Below are positions 34,205 to 48,379 of a DNA stretch of 64,000 nt, piece by piece. The stretch comes from Basidiobolus meristosporus CBS 931.73. Taxonomy: Eukaryota > Fungi > Basidiobolomycota. The position numbers were made by a program, and so were the translations under genes. Every line of letters begins with the position of its first letter. Position 1 is the first letter of the stretch. Below the pieces are notes generated by a model, which saw only the letters and a program-made list of their open reading frames with translations, ran no database searches and was not told the DNA's origin. The DNA is taken from positions 1 through 64,000 of the forward strand of contig MCFE01000175.1 in assembly GCA_002104905.1 (NCBI GenBank), in the 5' to 3' direction.

Positions 34205-35600
34205 TTAGGGGCTTATATCTTATGGCAAATCAACTAGATATCATAAATTATACCAAACAGCAATTAGTATATCTCACAATCCAGATCCAACATGGATGGT
34301 AGCAGAACTATGATATGTTGAATTCGACTTACTTGATATGTTGGTGATTTCTTATTCATCACAAGCCACGAGAAACAATGGATCGACTATAATACCTATA
34401 CCTACGCCGTAACAAAACCCTTGATCTGCAAACTGCCTCGCTCCCCCGAAAATATCTTTGTATTTCAGGATGGATATCAAGAACAAAGCACCTATACTTG
34501 TATGAGATGGCGATCCATTGTGTTTGGTATGCAGCTACTGACTCCAACCAGGTCGGTTTTTATCGTCCGATGACATACATTTGCACCAGATGCCCGTTGT
34601 CCCTCGCCTTCTGTAGTTACGAATCCCCTTCGCCCAGCGGCACTTGATCCCCATTCAACATCCAGATTTGCTTCTCTCCGTGGGAACTAGCTCACTTCCA
34701 TTCAGTTGTTTATTAGCGACCTCCATGAAATTTACCATTGGACATTAAGCATAGCTAACTGCATACTGCATTTCATGATGAACCTCTTCAGAATATTCTT
34801 TTTGGTGTGTAGAAGAATAAGAAAGTCAGCATCGCACCATGTTTAATGCTGACTAACCCTTAAATGTAATACAAACCGAAAAAGCTATGGAATTCATTCT
34901 GTCTGACTGGAAAGTGTGGAGGGCGGGTATATCGGTTCCGGCTCGTTACTCTCCACACAGAAAATTCTTTTTTCCGTCTTTGCCAAGCTATAGCTATACA
35001 AATCGACGACAGTTGTGATGGACAGAACTGCTGTTAGGACTATGGCGCGGTGTGTGTGACCGCAGATATTCTATTGAGCCCTCAATCCGTAGTGCTGCCA
35101 AACTAGGAAATACCCAATGAGGCATTGCGTCTTGGTGCGGAGGTACCAAGGTTAGATTGAAACTCCCTTTTTCCTGGAACCTCGGCCCGATATGATTTTC
35201 CTTGGATGTAGGTATTCAGGGCAGCCTATCCGCCTTATAGAAACTGTGCTAGCCGGAACTCGACTATGAGGTATCGCTGCAACAAATATTATACTGGGCA
35301 TACCCAGAGATATATTGCCTTTTTCCACACTGCCGTTGAAAGGTGTGATGGCTATTACTGTAAATCTAGGACCAAGTATTGATGCGGCTGACCTAAAAAT
35401 TGACACGGGCAGTCGATTACTAATGTGGGTCCGATGGCAGAGATCAGTATTCCGAGCACTCCGAACCAATCAGCCAAGTACCAAGCTAATGGCGACAAAG
35501 ATGGTGTTGATACCCAAAGGTTGGGAATCCAAGAAGAAGTATAAAAGCGCAGCCAGGAGATGCATAGTTGTCCAATACATACAGCACTCCCAAAGCAACC

Positions 35601-36089
35601 ATGAGCACCTCAGCTTTTTATGACCTCAAGGCCAACGATAAGACGCATCGAGAAATGGATTTCTCCACTCTGAAAGGCAAAGTGGTTTTGATTGTCAACG
35701 TCGCCTCCAAATGTGGATTTACCCCCCAGTACAAGGCATTGGAAGCCATATACAAGCAATACAAAGATCGGGATTTTGTCATCCTGGGATTTCCCTGTGA
35801 CCAATTTGGTGGACAGGAGCCTGGAAATGATGAAGAGATCTCAAGTTTTTGCGAGTTGAACTTTGGAGTAACATTCCCATTGATGGAAAAGGTTGAGGTA
35901 AATGGAGATCATGCGCACCCTGTATTTGAATATATAAAGCAGCAGAAGCCGGGTCTCCTAGGTATGAAGCGAGTTAAATGGAATTTCGAGAAATTCCTAA
36001 TCGATCGAAACGGCAACGTGAAATCACGATATGCGTCAACCACCAAACCGGAATCCATAGCTCAAGACATCGAGAGCCTCCTCGGGTAG
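35601..36089 (+). CDS. Cys-type glutathione/thioredoxin peroxidase (Gpx/Hyr1-like)
   Basis: VNVASKCGFTPQY, GFPCDQFGGQEPG, FCELNFGVTFP, KWNFEKFL. TATAAAA at ~35541. Confidence 0.95.
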   Translation: MSTSAFYDLKANDKTHREMDFSTLKGKVVLIVNVASKCGFTPQYKALEAIYKQYKDRDFVILGFPCDQFGGQEPGNDEEISSFCELNFGVTFPLMEKVEVNGDHAHPVFEYIKQQKPGLLGMKRVKWNFEKFLIDRNGNVKSRYASTTKPESIAQDIESLLG

Positions 36090-38752
36090 AAGAGCGATGC
36101 TGTCGGGTGCCTTGCTGGCCTTCACCTTAGCATGTATGCGAGGCGGGAGTATGCTGAAAGCAGACTGCTGATCTTATTGAATAAACCACTTTCCACAACG
36201 CTAGTTGGTCAGTCATGCTTTGCCCTATTCTGGACCCCATCAGAGAGCGCGGTGTCACCAGAACATTAATGATTTCGACGCATCTTATTAAGCATTTATA
36301 TATATTCCGTCGCTACCACTGTTTTCGGAAGCATCGAAAGGCTGCAGCAGGCTTCCAACATTTGCCCTACCTTGATAGATTAAATTAGGCCAAGATCACA
36401 TTCCGAATTTTCAGGACGCATGGTAGCACCACAATTTGCAGAAATTCCACAATACTGTTGAATCCAATAACTGGTAAGCAATTACTTGTTGAGTAGCAGC
36501 TGGCTTCATCCAGACGACAGCACCTCCGGAGGGCCATACCAACGCAGGCCTAGACATGTATTCGTCACAACAGGTGTATGTGCAATGGATTACTCATTCG
36601 TATAACCAAGTCAGTATCTATCCTCCGCAACAGTTCGTACATACCATTGCTGCAGGAGCGAACCAATCCATGGGTTGGAAACAAGCAGTACGTGGTTTTC
36701 AACGCATTGGGCGGTGAATCCCACGCGGCTTAGCAGTCCACAATCGATGATTGCCCTAGCCTAACCTACCCCCGTGACCTTGGCTGGCTGGTTGGCTGCT
36801 GCTGAGACCTTGTCGATGGTTGGCCAATCAAGAGCCCCTTGCCGCCCAGCAGCCGTTTATCTGTACACCATTAGTGAAATCCACTGAGCCAAATCTGGGT
36901 TGGGTGGTGAGAAACGAAACATGTGGGCAAACTCGACTAAACAGGAGCGATGGGGATACCGCGAAAACGAATTCATGTGTAGAGATCTAGCAGATGCGCT
37001 CTAGTATTTGTCATTTCGGATGCGTAACGTGGCCACGAATGAAGGTACATAGGGAATCCGTGTCGGCCCCATTTTACGGGGAGATCAGCTCCCTGCCTCT
37101 GGCGATTTGTGAGTGTGCACCTCGATATTCGACCGCCGTTGGTGAAATGCCTTCAAGCAGCGGTCTCGATTGGCGCCACATGCACTTGCCGCGGTGCCAA
37201 CAACCAACACCTTTCCATCTAGAGTCCAAATAGGCAACTCTCTTGAGTGGAGCTGAGGTAGCGACAATGAGCTGCCAGTCATTCGTCACATGTGCCTCGT
37301 CTATCTGAAATTGTTACCTGGAAAGTGCGATCAAACATGCAACGCTAACTCTGCCTCTCGAGGCTAGCACTGACAATCGCACCCCATGCCGGGAGTTCAT
37401 TGGAATCTGTAGACACAATTTCTTGTTTATCACTGGTATTTCTCTCGTCAGGACAATCCTGGCTTTGAGGTATACCATCAACGTGAGAACGAATCTCAGC
37501 CGTCTTAGCATTCAGCGGCCTCCTCTGTGGTCTTTTCTTGACCCTCCAATCTTTCGGCATAGTGTTTTCTGGGTATTGCGATGTGTGTGTACTCCATCAC
37601 TGTAACCGCCATGCTGTAATAGGTTTGAGATGCGCGTAGGTTTTCCCGTAGACGTAAGCAATTGGTTAGATATGTCCAGGATCACCATCCTCTGTACGTC
37701 GCCCTGTTACTACATGGGCGCGAATACAGTGGATATCGACCTCGTAGTTGCAAAAAAGGCACTAGAGGGTGCTTCACGCACATCTTACGACGAAATACAG
37801 TCATCTGGGGTGAAACCAGGCAAGCGCTTGGCTGGAACCTGAGCACCTGGATAAACGTTCTACATGTAGCAGCGGCCAATAATTGCCGTTACAGGATTGG
37901 TTAGCCTCAGGATGGGAAACGGTGGGAAAAATTGCACTAAACCTCATTAGCATGTACCTCCATGCTTGCATCGAATCAAACAAGCAAGTGTCGTGAGGGT
38001 AATCACCGGGACATGAACCTCTATGCTCCACAAGGAGCCTGGTGCTCCGAGGGATTTCTGGAACCGTGTGCGTGTCTTGTTCTGGCATTTGGTGATGGGC
38101 CTTCTTTTTCTCATGTTTGTAACACATCCAAGACGTGAAACCAAGATCACTCATTTGTTTCATCCATGGAGGCCATCCGAAGATCAAATGCCTATAGAAA
38201 ATAGCCCTTCAGCTGCACCCGTCGTCCTTGTTGAAAGTGGCCAATGACTGTAATCAATATTGATACCATACACCCACTGTATAGGGCAACGCCATTGATG
38301 ACGGTTTATGTCCGCAAACTGCCTGTGCCAAGTCGGACATATTTTGGGGTGACAGATTTACACACGGTGGATGGGAAATGCTGCTTTGGTTTGGTTGAAC
38401 ATTGACACCAATTAGGTCATAGGTCTCTGTGGAATGCCTCAACGGTATTCGTTTGATTGGTGAAATCTGGACTACATCACCGTACCTCTGGGTGGCTTGT
38501 TATAAAAGGCTGCTCTCAACATCAGAGGCCCTATGAGTTCGCAATCTATTTTAGTTCGTTAGAGTTCAATCAACCACATAACCATCGCTCGCCCTTGCAA
38601 GCGCTTCCTGCGAGTTTCGAGTCACCTTCACTGTGTTTCCTTAATCACCTAGTTGCAAAGTTCACCCGCGCCAGTCGCAGTTGATCCTATCCTCCCAACT
38701 CTCCCTCTCCCTCTCCCTTTAGCCTGCCAATCCTCATTCAGACTCCTGGGCG

Positions 38753-39820
38753 ATGTCACCTTCAAACATGGTGGACGAACAGCTGAAATCGCCCGACATG
38801 TACGATCTTTATGCACCCGCTTCACGGTGTGTCTCCCCTTTCTCAGACGAAGATGATGGCGTCGAGAGTGGCTCCGATCATGGCACCTCGTCCGGGGCCC
38901 AAAGCTCCATGTTCATGAATTTCACCTCGGACCTGAACCCGCAGAGCCCTACGAAAAAGCAGAAGAGCAAGCAATCCACCACCTACAAGGTCAACGGCGT
39001 CAACATCCTCAATCGGAAAAGCCTCGATAGCAAGACTGTCATGGAGAGGCTGAAGCGAAGACGGGAAAATCATAACCACGTTGAGCGTAAACGTCGAGAT
39101 AACATCAACCACACCATCTTGGAGATCTCTCGACTCATCCCTCAGGAGCCGACCTCCAGCACCAAGCTGAACAAGGGGAATATTTTACGCATGGCTGTAG
39201 ATTACATCAAGGTAGGTCATCCCTCCGTCCACATCTATAACTCATCAAGCCTGACCGTTCTCGTTTTCCAACATTAGGAACTACAATCAGAAAATCTGAG
39301 CTTGAAATCCCAATCAAGAAAATACACCGAGGGGGTTCATGCCTATCCGCACCAGAAGACATCCATCGGTGTCGATCAGTTCCACTACCCCGCCTCAGCT
39401 GACTTGAACAAACCACACACCATCTCGATGGCTGTTGGATACACCGCGGTGGAGATGCCTAAGTTCGAACCAAAAAGCCACCACAGCTACGCACCAGCCC
39501 ACTACCCTTCGAGCTTGCGGCCAACAACAACAAGCGACCGACAAGGCTATGTGAGTCACTCATATGCCACCGCCTTGATTCCACAACAATACATACAGCC
39601 CCTGGTCTCTGCCTCGCTGCCCAACTCCAGCCTACCACTGCCAAGCTTCACACAACTTTCTGGAGCATCGGTCGCGCCTCTACCTCATCCAGGTATGCTT
39701 GATCTGCAATCACAACATTCGCTCGCTGGCCCCGGCGCATCAGGAGACCCACTTCACCATCGGATGCAGCATAGAGGGCTGATGTTCGCCAACTATCACA
39801 ATACCATAAATCTTATTTAG
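38753..39820 (+). CDS. bHLH transcription factor (H-E-R class, E-box binding); exons 38753-39211 and 39278-39820
   Basis: RRRENHNHVERKRRDNIN...KLNKGNILRMAVDYIK|ELQSEN. Upstream YKVNGVNILNR motif. Confidence 0.9.
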
Positions 39821-41540
39821 CACAGTTGGGTATTGACTGTCTACCCAGGCCACTCCGCAACTACATTGAATGTAATATGCCAAGTTGTCGTTATTCTCTG
39901 GATGAGGTAGGGGCTACTCTGTAAAGACCCAATGTACGTATGGAGAGCATTGCGCTTCACAACTGGCCTCACCTGGGCGATTCTTTGGGACATCCGAAAT
40001 TCCCCCCCCCCACTTGAAACCCATGTGTGGTGCATTTGCCAACTCCGATGAGGTCTTACTCATCTCTGTAAATACTCGCCCTTTTCCCACCATGGCATCG
40101 CCGAACCATGACTAAAATAAACACCAAGTTCTACTGATATAACTGGAAGGCTCGCGCCAACGGCAAGATCGGGTCGAATTGATCTTGTGCGAGCGTAACG
40201 CAGGCAACTGATTGACAAGATACACGGTGCAGCCCGGCCAAATCGGAACCTCAGAAGGCGCCCAGTATTTACCATTGAACCACCCACTCCGCAAGCGTTG
40301 GCGGAGTTTGCATTACCTACAGCACGCAACATGGGAATCGTGGAAGCAAAACAGAAGTTGGCCGGAGATTGGTATGAGAGCTGGATCTCGCGGCTGGCTG
40401 GGAACAACGGTCCGCGTTGGAATAGCCATGGGGACGTTCACGGGAAAACGTCCGCCGCCATGGTTGCAGTAATAGACTGGATGCATTTCGGATGGTTCCA
40501 TTGACCATGGCTAAAACGGTTATATATATCCTCCCCATTGGCATAAGTTTTGCTCATGCCACCATTTGAGACGGCGATGTGCATGATCAGGAGCGGCTCC
40601 ATTCAATCCAGATAGGAGGGATCTGAGCCGCCTCACAACCCGAGCGGAATGCACCCAATTAGAGGGGCTCAGCCAACCCTAGACTCGCAGGGCAGGGAGG
40701 CCTTGTTACAATCGCTGGCCTGGTTACAAACCATGCAACACCACGTCACATGGCACAACACCATGGGCGTGTTTATCGCGGGCATGAATTTTTTCACCAA
40801 GCGGCCGACAGCTTAAATGGGATCCAGCCTAGGCACAGTCCACAAAGGGTGCCCAAAAAATCGGGGATTTCATAACAGCATTAAGAATCATGCAATCGGT
40901 TGGGATTTGGATCGGGTATCAATCCAAGAAAGTCAAGTCGGTCTAACCGGCCACCACACCACACCACCAAGACCACCCCATGCGCGAGGTCTCAAGAAAA
41001 TGAATGTCGTACGTGATAAACTGTACTTGATTTCCACCGCACTGATACACCAAATATGGACTGGATGATGCTTAATTTGTGGTTGCTCAAGGGCAGTCGG
41101 AAGGATTGTTTGGTGCTGGTGGAAATGGTTATCTCAAGGAAAGTTCGTATCGAGCGAACATGGTAACTTCCTATTCAATTGCAATCAACATATTTTATGG
41201 TAAATCAATGTTACATGAGCCTTGCCGGATTTCTAAATTACATGGGTCGGATTTAGTTATTTCCCTTACGGGAGACCGCATTGTGGGATGGGCTACAAGC
41301 TTGCCAGGGATGGATTCCGCTCCCTTGTTGGATGTCTAGGGGGGTGGGGTGGAGGGCGTGGTTGTCAGGGTAACGGATTTTATACACATTGGAGGGCTGG
41401 GTGGGTGGTGCGCGAAGTCCCCAGTTCATTGACCCTTGGAACGAACAAGAGCAAAAGTTTGTATATTTAATATGAATATGCAAAGAGCACTATATCTTCT
41501 CCTAGAAACAAAATCTCGGTGGCGAAATCCATTGCTTTAC

Positions 41541-42353
41541 TTAGGTTGACGGGGAGCTCACGGTACTGGAGCTTGAGGAGCAGGAATCTGAAAAGTCCGA
41601 GGGCCCGTCCAAGTGGAGGGCTGCTTCAAGCTCGATTAACTGATATACTAGGGTGAGGTTGGGCGAGATGGATGGACTGCGTAGTTTGACAAACGCGTAC
41701 GCCTGGTTTAAGGGAAAATGCAACGTACGCATGATGTAGGCAATGACGAGACTGGCCGACCGGGAGATCCCGCATTGACAGTGTACCAACACCCCCGAGC
41801 CTGATATACGCGCCTGGTCGATGAACCCAAACAGCTCCGAAAAATCCTGGCTCAGCTTCTCCTGGTTATGCGACCAGTTGACCTTTTTGTATTTGAGGGT
41901 GTGCGGCGTGGACCCAGGGGCGAGGGAGGGCTCGGCTTCCGCCTCGGGCTTTTCTTCAGAGAAAAACGGGGAGTCCACTTCCTGGGCCACGTTCAGTATG
42001 TAGTGGATATTAGCTTTTTCTAACTTGACCTTGTCTTGAGCATTCTGCTCGGAGCCCAGGTAGAGATTCGGTAGTATACAAACAGGACCAGCTTGGTAAG
42101 TATCTTCTTGCAGTGGGCTAGCAGGCTCTTTGGAGTCTACAGTGTGGGCGAAAAGGGGCGAAACGCTCAACGGGGTGATGGGTTTGGAGGGGGCGGCGGA
42201 GAGGGGAAGTGCTGATAATGGGGAGGAAGCGGATGGGAGCGGTATGACCAAAGAGGGGGGTTTGCAATGGCGTTTTTTAATATCCACTCGGAGTGGATTT
42301 CTAGAAGCTTTCGAGAATGGACGGGATATGGATTGAGGAAGCATTATGGCCAT
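41541..42353 (-). CDS. Dual-specificity (MAPK) phosphatase, Msg5/Pmp1-like
   Basis: ILPNLYLGSE, YILNVA, VLVHCQCGISRSASLVIAYIM, AYAFVK..SPSISPN. Confidence 0.92.
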   Translation of the reverse strand: MAIMLPQSISRPFSKASRNPLRVDIKKRHCKPPSLVIPLPSASSPLSALPLSAAPSKPITPLSVSPLFAHTVDSKEPASPLQEDTYQAGPVCILPNLYLGSEQNAQDKVKLEKANIHYILNVAQEVDSPFFSEEKPEAEAEPSLAPGSTPHTLKYKKVNWSHNQEKLSQDFSELFGFIDQARISGSGVLVHCQCGISRSASLVIAYIMRTLHFPLNQAYAFVKLRSPSISPNLTLVYQLIELEAALHLDGPSDFSDSCSSSSSTVSSPST

Positions 42354-45310
42354 GTCATTGATGGGTAATTACAACTACTCGATGCTCCTGACTAACTACT
42401 ACGAATTCCTGCGCTAGTTAATGGTTTCCGGAGAGGAAGTTGGGATCAACGATGAAGAACACTATTCAGTTAACAGTTAAATTGTAGCGGATCAATGGGA
42501 TTGTCGCGTGAGGAATAATTTAGGAATCGAGGCTGAGGATGCAAGCGGGCCTGCGATGGTTATATAGCAGCCACTCTGGAGCTGCTCCACCGATAAAAAT
42601 AGATATTCCCAAATCAGGCGCAGAACGGATGAGAGTTGGAAATAGTGAGTGTTCACAGCAGATTCATGTAACATTTCCCTTGGTTTATTATAGCTTCCTG
42701 TTTAAGCAATGACCTGATCCACTTCATTTATCACTTTCGTGAATCTATTAATAGGGAGCATTTGCGGTCTCAACACCGCGCCTAATGCATCGCCAAAAAT
42801 CATGTAATGGTGATTCAAGCGCACTCGAGATTATCCCCGTCCCTGCTATTTATATGGAAGGATTATTTTTAGATCGCAATGCTTGTCCTCCTGCGAGTCG
42901 CCAGTAAGACTCCGCGGGTGTCATGCTAATGCCCTCAGTTTCGCCCAGCTCCACCCAATCCATAGCTGGTGATAGGCTGCAGCGGTAGGGATGGTCAGCA
43001 CCCATTGGGCCGACCCAATGTTATACAAATCATCCCCAAGATCGTAGCGTTGCATTGGAGTTTCCTGCAAGACATTCCATCTAATGCCAGATTATCCATG
43101 GATTGGGAATATATACGCGTTCAAACGTGCGGCGTAATTTAACCCACAGATGGGCAGAGCTGGCCTAGGGACTTACCATGGTGGCAAGATCTGTTTCGCA
43201 AATGTTCTTGGAGCACATGAATCGCAGTCTGTACTTGATTTGAGGCGACTCAGACCTGGTGGTGATTAGGACTTCTATGGCGGAAATATCTCGCGGGGTG
43301 CATGGTGTTGGTTACTGTAGCGCAGATGTAGATGTGCGCTTGATGAAGATGCCATGAATTCGGATTGTTGTAAGGGGACCGGTATTGGCGGACTATTTGG
43401 GAGAAGGTGCTTCGCCAGCCGACAGTCACTAGCCATAAGCTATGATCAGCATAGTAAGCGCTGCTGCCGGGGTCCAGTGCGGTGCTCTTGGCGTGTTTCG
43501 TGAAGCAGTGTTGGCCCAGTCCAGCGGAAATCTATTTGTTCGCTGCAGCGACTGATACTCCACCTGAAGCCAATCTTCGCTGTGATCTGGGAATTGTGGA
43601 TACCGCCGAGGCTATGTGTGATCAGAGCGCGGGTGCCCGATGCTTATGAGATACTCTAATTTAAGCAGCTTACGCAACATACAGTGCTGATGTCAGGCAA
43701 GCCAGGGATGCTGGGGGGGCAGGTTTGATCATCTGGTCCTCGCATAACACTACACTCCCTCGCACTGGGGCCCTCTGCGATCACGAAAGTATTTGGGATG
43801 GGGTCCCTGTTTCCTAATTGCGGGGTATAGCCATGGCATTGAAAGTTCGCATAGACCTCTCAAACGTGATTGCTCTCACCCCCAGCAGCGCAACAGTGCC
43901 AGTGGGCTTCCTATTAGCGAGGCGCATCAACGACTTCGTTGGACATTCCTCACCCCCATACGAATACGCTTCCGTGATCGGTTGATGGATGGGCTCGCCT
44001 GATTTGTTGGATGGGTTGCTGCCGCCCCTTTGTTATGCCCTGTATTTCGCCATTACTCAGCCCTAATCTTGCCTCGCTTTGTCCCAATTCGTTGCCGATG
44101 GCGTCTGCTACGTTGGACTGAACGAATTTCTCACTCGTGATCTTTCAGAAGTGACTACCTTGGTGTCGAGGTTCGCGTCACCCCTGCCCGCACCGAAATG
44201 CTGCGAAGCGTTATGATGGGCGTGGTCTTTGCGCTGTTGCTCAATGGAAGGCTGTCTGTTACAGGTTGCTCGCCAGTCTTGCTGCTAGTCATGCTGCCCA
44301 TTGGGTTCTCCGTTTTGCAACGGAGTTCAGTCAGGCGCCAAGGGTTGTGAAGTCGTCGCCGATAAACTTCGCGCCGCCCATGCTTAAGTCGTCAAATTCA
44401 CCGACCGCTTCATGATCCACTCGAGCCAGTCCGTTCGTGATTACCTTGATAGTGCCGTCTGTCATGTCCTTTGTCAAGGAGTTGTTCTACAACCTACCTC
44501 TTTGATAGAAATAGAAGCCAACCCACACCTCATATATTAATGGAATAAATCTTTACGCATGCATCATAGCCAATCACTGTACTCCGCTTGATGGTAATAT
44601 CGTGGCATGGTAGCTTGTTTGATTGTGTCAACACTGTTAATCCATTGTAAGAGAGCAAATAATCGTGTTGTCACCGATTCTTCATTTATTTAGGTTCACG
44701 TGTTGCTTCTCTGGAAATTCCACCTTTTCGTTGTTTTTTTAACCCAAACCCTAACCCACCATACACCAATTCAAAATGATCCATTGCAATTTCAGGATCC
44801 CTGAGAAATAACATCAAGAACTTAGGGTAGGGTTCACTAAACTTGCAACTCTCAATATCTCAAGTAGTAGCTACTTGGCAGACAAGCAAATATATTTTCC
44901 AGAAGGAGACTAGGCCAACTAGCATTTGTACCAAACTTGATAATCAGCTAATCAGTGCTTCCATCAAAAATTGCCACTAAAAATTTGAAAGAAACACATA
45001 AGCTGAATGCCAACAAAATACCACTAGAATACTAGTAGGGTGCCAGCAGATAATCAGATGAACTCCAAACTTGAGATTTCTCATAGGGAATACCTCAAGA
45101 AATTGATGATAACTTACAGGCCTTGACTAATTCTGAGAGCTGGTCAATAGTTTGCATCTGAATCCTAAATAACATCCACCTGATATAAGTTCTGTGGTTG
45201 TACTAAATATTCACCAAACTTAGATGCTTAAGTCATTGTCTACACATCTTGGAAATACGGCCAAATTTCTATTCAGAATTTACTTGGAAAATATTTAGGA
45301 AGGTCTAAAG

Positions 45311-45616
45311 TGTTGTAAAAATTTGCAATTCCACCTAAATATTCACCTAACTTGGTCACTAAGATTATTACATTCAAATCCTAGAGAATACTGACCAAAT
45401 TCCTTGTTGGGATTTGCTTGGAATATTTACCCAGAACATGAAAGTTAGATAAGTTGTCCAAACTGTTGTAAAAATTTGTATTTCCACCTAAATATTCACC
45501 TAACTTAGTCACTTAGATCATCACCTTCAAATCCTAGAGAGTACTGGCCAAAATTCCTTGTTGGGATTTACTTAGAATATTTTCACCTAAATACCAGGTA
45601 CCCAGAACATGAAAAT
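45311..45616 (+). repeat. Two tandem 5' halves of the copia LTR
   Basis: tgttgtaaaaatttg...cacctaactt...aaatcctagaga starts at 45311 and again at 45464. More degraded similar sequence lies at ~44900-45300. Confidence 0.8.
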
Positions 45617-47760
45617 CAAAAAATATCAGTTATTGATCTGTTAGCATGTTTGGCTACTTCATTTTGCTGTGGGGAGTATAGTACAGTAGTCTCTTGCTTT
45701 ATCCCATGAATTTTGCAGAAGTGGATGAACAGTTTTGATGTATATTCTCCACCATTGTCAGAGTGTATTTTCTTGATTTTTTCACCAGCTTCTCTCTCTA
45801 CCATGGCTTTGAACTCCCTGAACTTAGACAGAGCTTCTTCCTTTCTCTCCATGAAGTAGACCCATGTGTATCTTGTATAATCATCAACAAAGGTGATTAC
45901 ATACTTCATCTCACCTGAGGATAAATTTTGCATAGGTCCACACAGATCTGAGTGAATTAGATCTAATTTTTTCTTAGTTTTGATCAACCAGATCTCTTGA
46001 ATGGTTGTCTGGCTTGTCTCCCATATATACAGGCTTCAAAGTGCTCCAAATTAGCTGGGGGATCAATTTTTACTCCAGAAATTAGGTGATCTTTGATTAT
46101 TTTGCACAAATAATCAAAATTGGTGTGCCCAAATCTCCTGTGCCAAAGCATTGGTGTTTCTGCATTTAAGTTACTTATATTGGCTTCCAAATATGATGGA
46201 ATATAAGTCAACTTGTATAGGTTCTGATCTCTGGTACCTGAAGCAACATGGGCATCATTTTGATCAGTGATTTTGCATCCGGAATTGTCAAAGCTGAAAC
46301 TGAGTCCTTCTGCAGTGGCCTTGCTTACAGGTAGTGGGTTCTTGGCTATTTCTAGTACATAGAGTACTTCTTTAAAGGTCAGTGTATGACTTCCTTCACT
46401 GCTTCTTAGGTTTACTTGGATAGCTCCTTCTCCCACTGCATCCAGTGTTTTATTGTCACCCATGAAAACCTTCTTAATTGGAATATCTTGATATTTGGTA
46501 AAAAGTTCTTTTCAGTGCGTAAAGTGTTGAGATGCTCCAGAGTCAATATACCACATCTAAGAATCCTTGTTTGTGATCATTTTCAGTCATATGAATAGTC
46601 TATCTTCAGTTGTTGCATCATTTCCATATTCAGGCTTTTTCTGCTGACTATCTTTCTTTTTGAAGCATTGGTCTGATGTGTGTCCTTTCCTTTTGCAGTA
46701 CTTGCAAAACAGGTTGCTGTTGCCTTTTTAGGGTCTTGGGTACCTCCTTTGTTGGTTATCACTGCTTATTAAAGCATTTTCCTCTTCCTTCTTATTGGCA
46801 CTTGATTTTCTTAATACTTCATCCAGGAGCCTTTTATATACATAATTTAAGGTCAAATCTTCAGTTCTGGACTCTAGGGCGGATACAAGACCCTGAAACT
46901 CATCTGTCAGGCTATTCAGGATGGTAACTATCACATCCCCATTAGTAGTTGGTACACCCACAGATTCCGTTTTGTATACCAGCAAGGTAGTTCAGTTAAT
47001 TAGATTTTTCATTTCTTCTCCTGGCAGCATCTTTGTAGTAAAGAATTTTTGTCTCAGATACATTTTCTTGGCAGCCAAACATGACTGGTAGGTGTCTTCT
47101 AATGCCTTCCAGGCATTCTTTGCCATTATTGCTCTTGAGCATTGAATTAGCAATTTGTCTCTAACATTAAGGCAAATGCAGTTGGGGGCACTTTGTTCTT
47201 TCTTCTGGTACTTTAAGGCTTCCTCTCCCATGCTTTTAGGAGGGCACTCTTGTCCCATGACAATATCCCAAAGGCCTCTTTCTTGTAGTAGCATCTTCAT
47301 CTTCACCTTACACACTTGGTAGTTAGATCCATCCAACTTTTCAGCAGAGGGAAAAATTCCAGTAGTAGCAGTAGTAGACATTGCAGAGAGTGACAGCTTG
47401 GGGCTCATAGCCAGTTGTAAGAGTCTTGGAGATATTGGAAGTGATTGGGAGGACAAGTAGGTTATATGGTTTTCACTGAATGATTCATTGAATGTAGAAG
47501 TAGTATTTATACTTTTACATGGTCTTGGCATAAAAACATGTAGAATAGATTAAGGAAGATCCCAAGAATATGTGTGCAAAGTTTGGGGCTGTTTGGATAA
47601 CTTTGAGAATTTTCATGTTTTGGGTACCTGGTATTTTGGTGAAAACATTCTAAGTAAATCCCAACAAAGAATTTGGTCAGTATTCTCTAGGATATGAAGG
47701 TAATGATCTAAGTGACTAAGTTAGGTGAGCATTTAGGTGGAAATACAAACTTTTACAACA
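45617..47760 (-). mobile_element. Ty1/copia copy D: LTR 47413-47760, gag, protease, GAG-pre-integrase, integrase core; no RT/RNaseH or 3' LTR
   Basis: EKLDGSNYQV gag, LWHRRFGH, HSDLCGP, FVDDYTRYTWVYF, SDNGGEY. Several stops and frameshifts. Confidence 0.92.
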
Positions 47761-48327
47761 GTTCTTTCTTCTGGTACTTTCAGCCTTGCTCTCCCACATT
47801 TTTAGGAGGGCATTCTTCTCCCATGACAATGACCCAAAGGCCTCTTTTGTGTAGCAGTATCCTCATCTTCACCTTCCACACTTGGTAGTTAGATCCATCC
47901 AACTTTTCAGCAAAGGAAAAAGTCCCATTAATGGCAGTAGTTAACATTGCAGAGTGTGACTGCTTGGGGCTCATAACCTGCTGTAAAAGTCTTGGAGATG
48001 TTAGAAGTGATTTGGCAGGATACATATATTGTGCAGTTTTCACTTAATGCATTATTCAATGTAAAAATAGTATTTATACTGTGACATGGTCTTGGCATAA
48101 CAAACATGTAAAATAGATTAGGGATGGTCCCAAGAACATGTGGGCAAATTTGGGGCAGTTTGGGCAACTCTGAGAATTTTCATGCTCTGGGTACCTGGTA
48201 TTTTGGTGAAAACATTCCAAGTAAATCCCAACAAGATATTTGGTCAGTATTTGCTAGGTTTTGAAGGTAATGATCTAAGTGACTCAGTTAGGTGAGTTTT
48301 TAGGTGGAATTACAAATTTTTACAACA
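47761..48327 (-). mobile_element. Ty1/copia copy E: LTR 47979-48327 plus gag start, interrupted by copy D
   Basis: 349-bp LTR, PBS ggttatgagcccc, EKLDGSNYQVWKVKM. Ends at ...KYQKKE against the D LTR. Confidence 0.88.
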
Positions 48328-48379
48328 TAATCTACTTGTTCTCCCAACCACTTCTAATATCTAAAGACTCTTATGACAT

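Noticed and set aside
34290-34700. Possible small spliced ORF upstream of GPX
   Set aside because: An intron-like segment exists, but there is no convincing start and no homology.
35601-36089. Selenocysteine GPX
   Set aside because: The active-site codon is TGT (Cys); there is no in-frame TGA.
40200-40504. ~100-codon open frame between the bHLH and phosphatase genes
   Set aside because: No supported start or splice model and no motif.
43400-44480. CpG-rich minus-strand open stretches upstream of the phosphatase
   Set aside because: Putative introns do not link the frames in phase; left unresolved.
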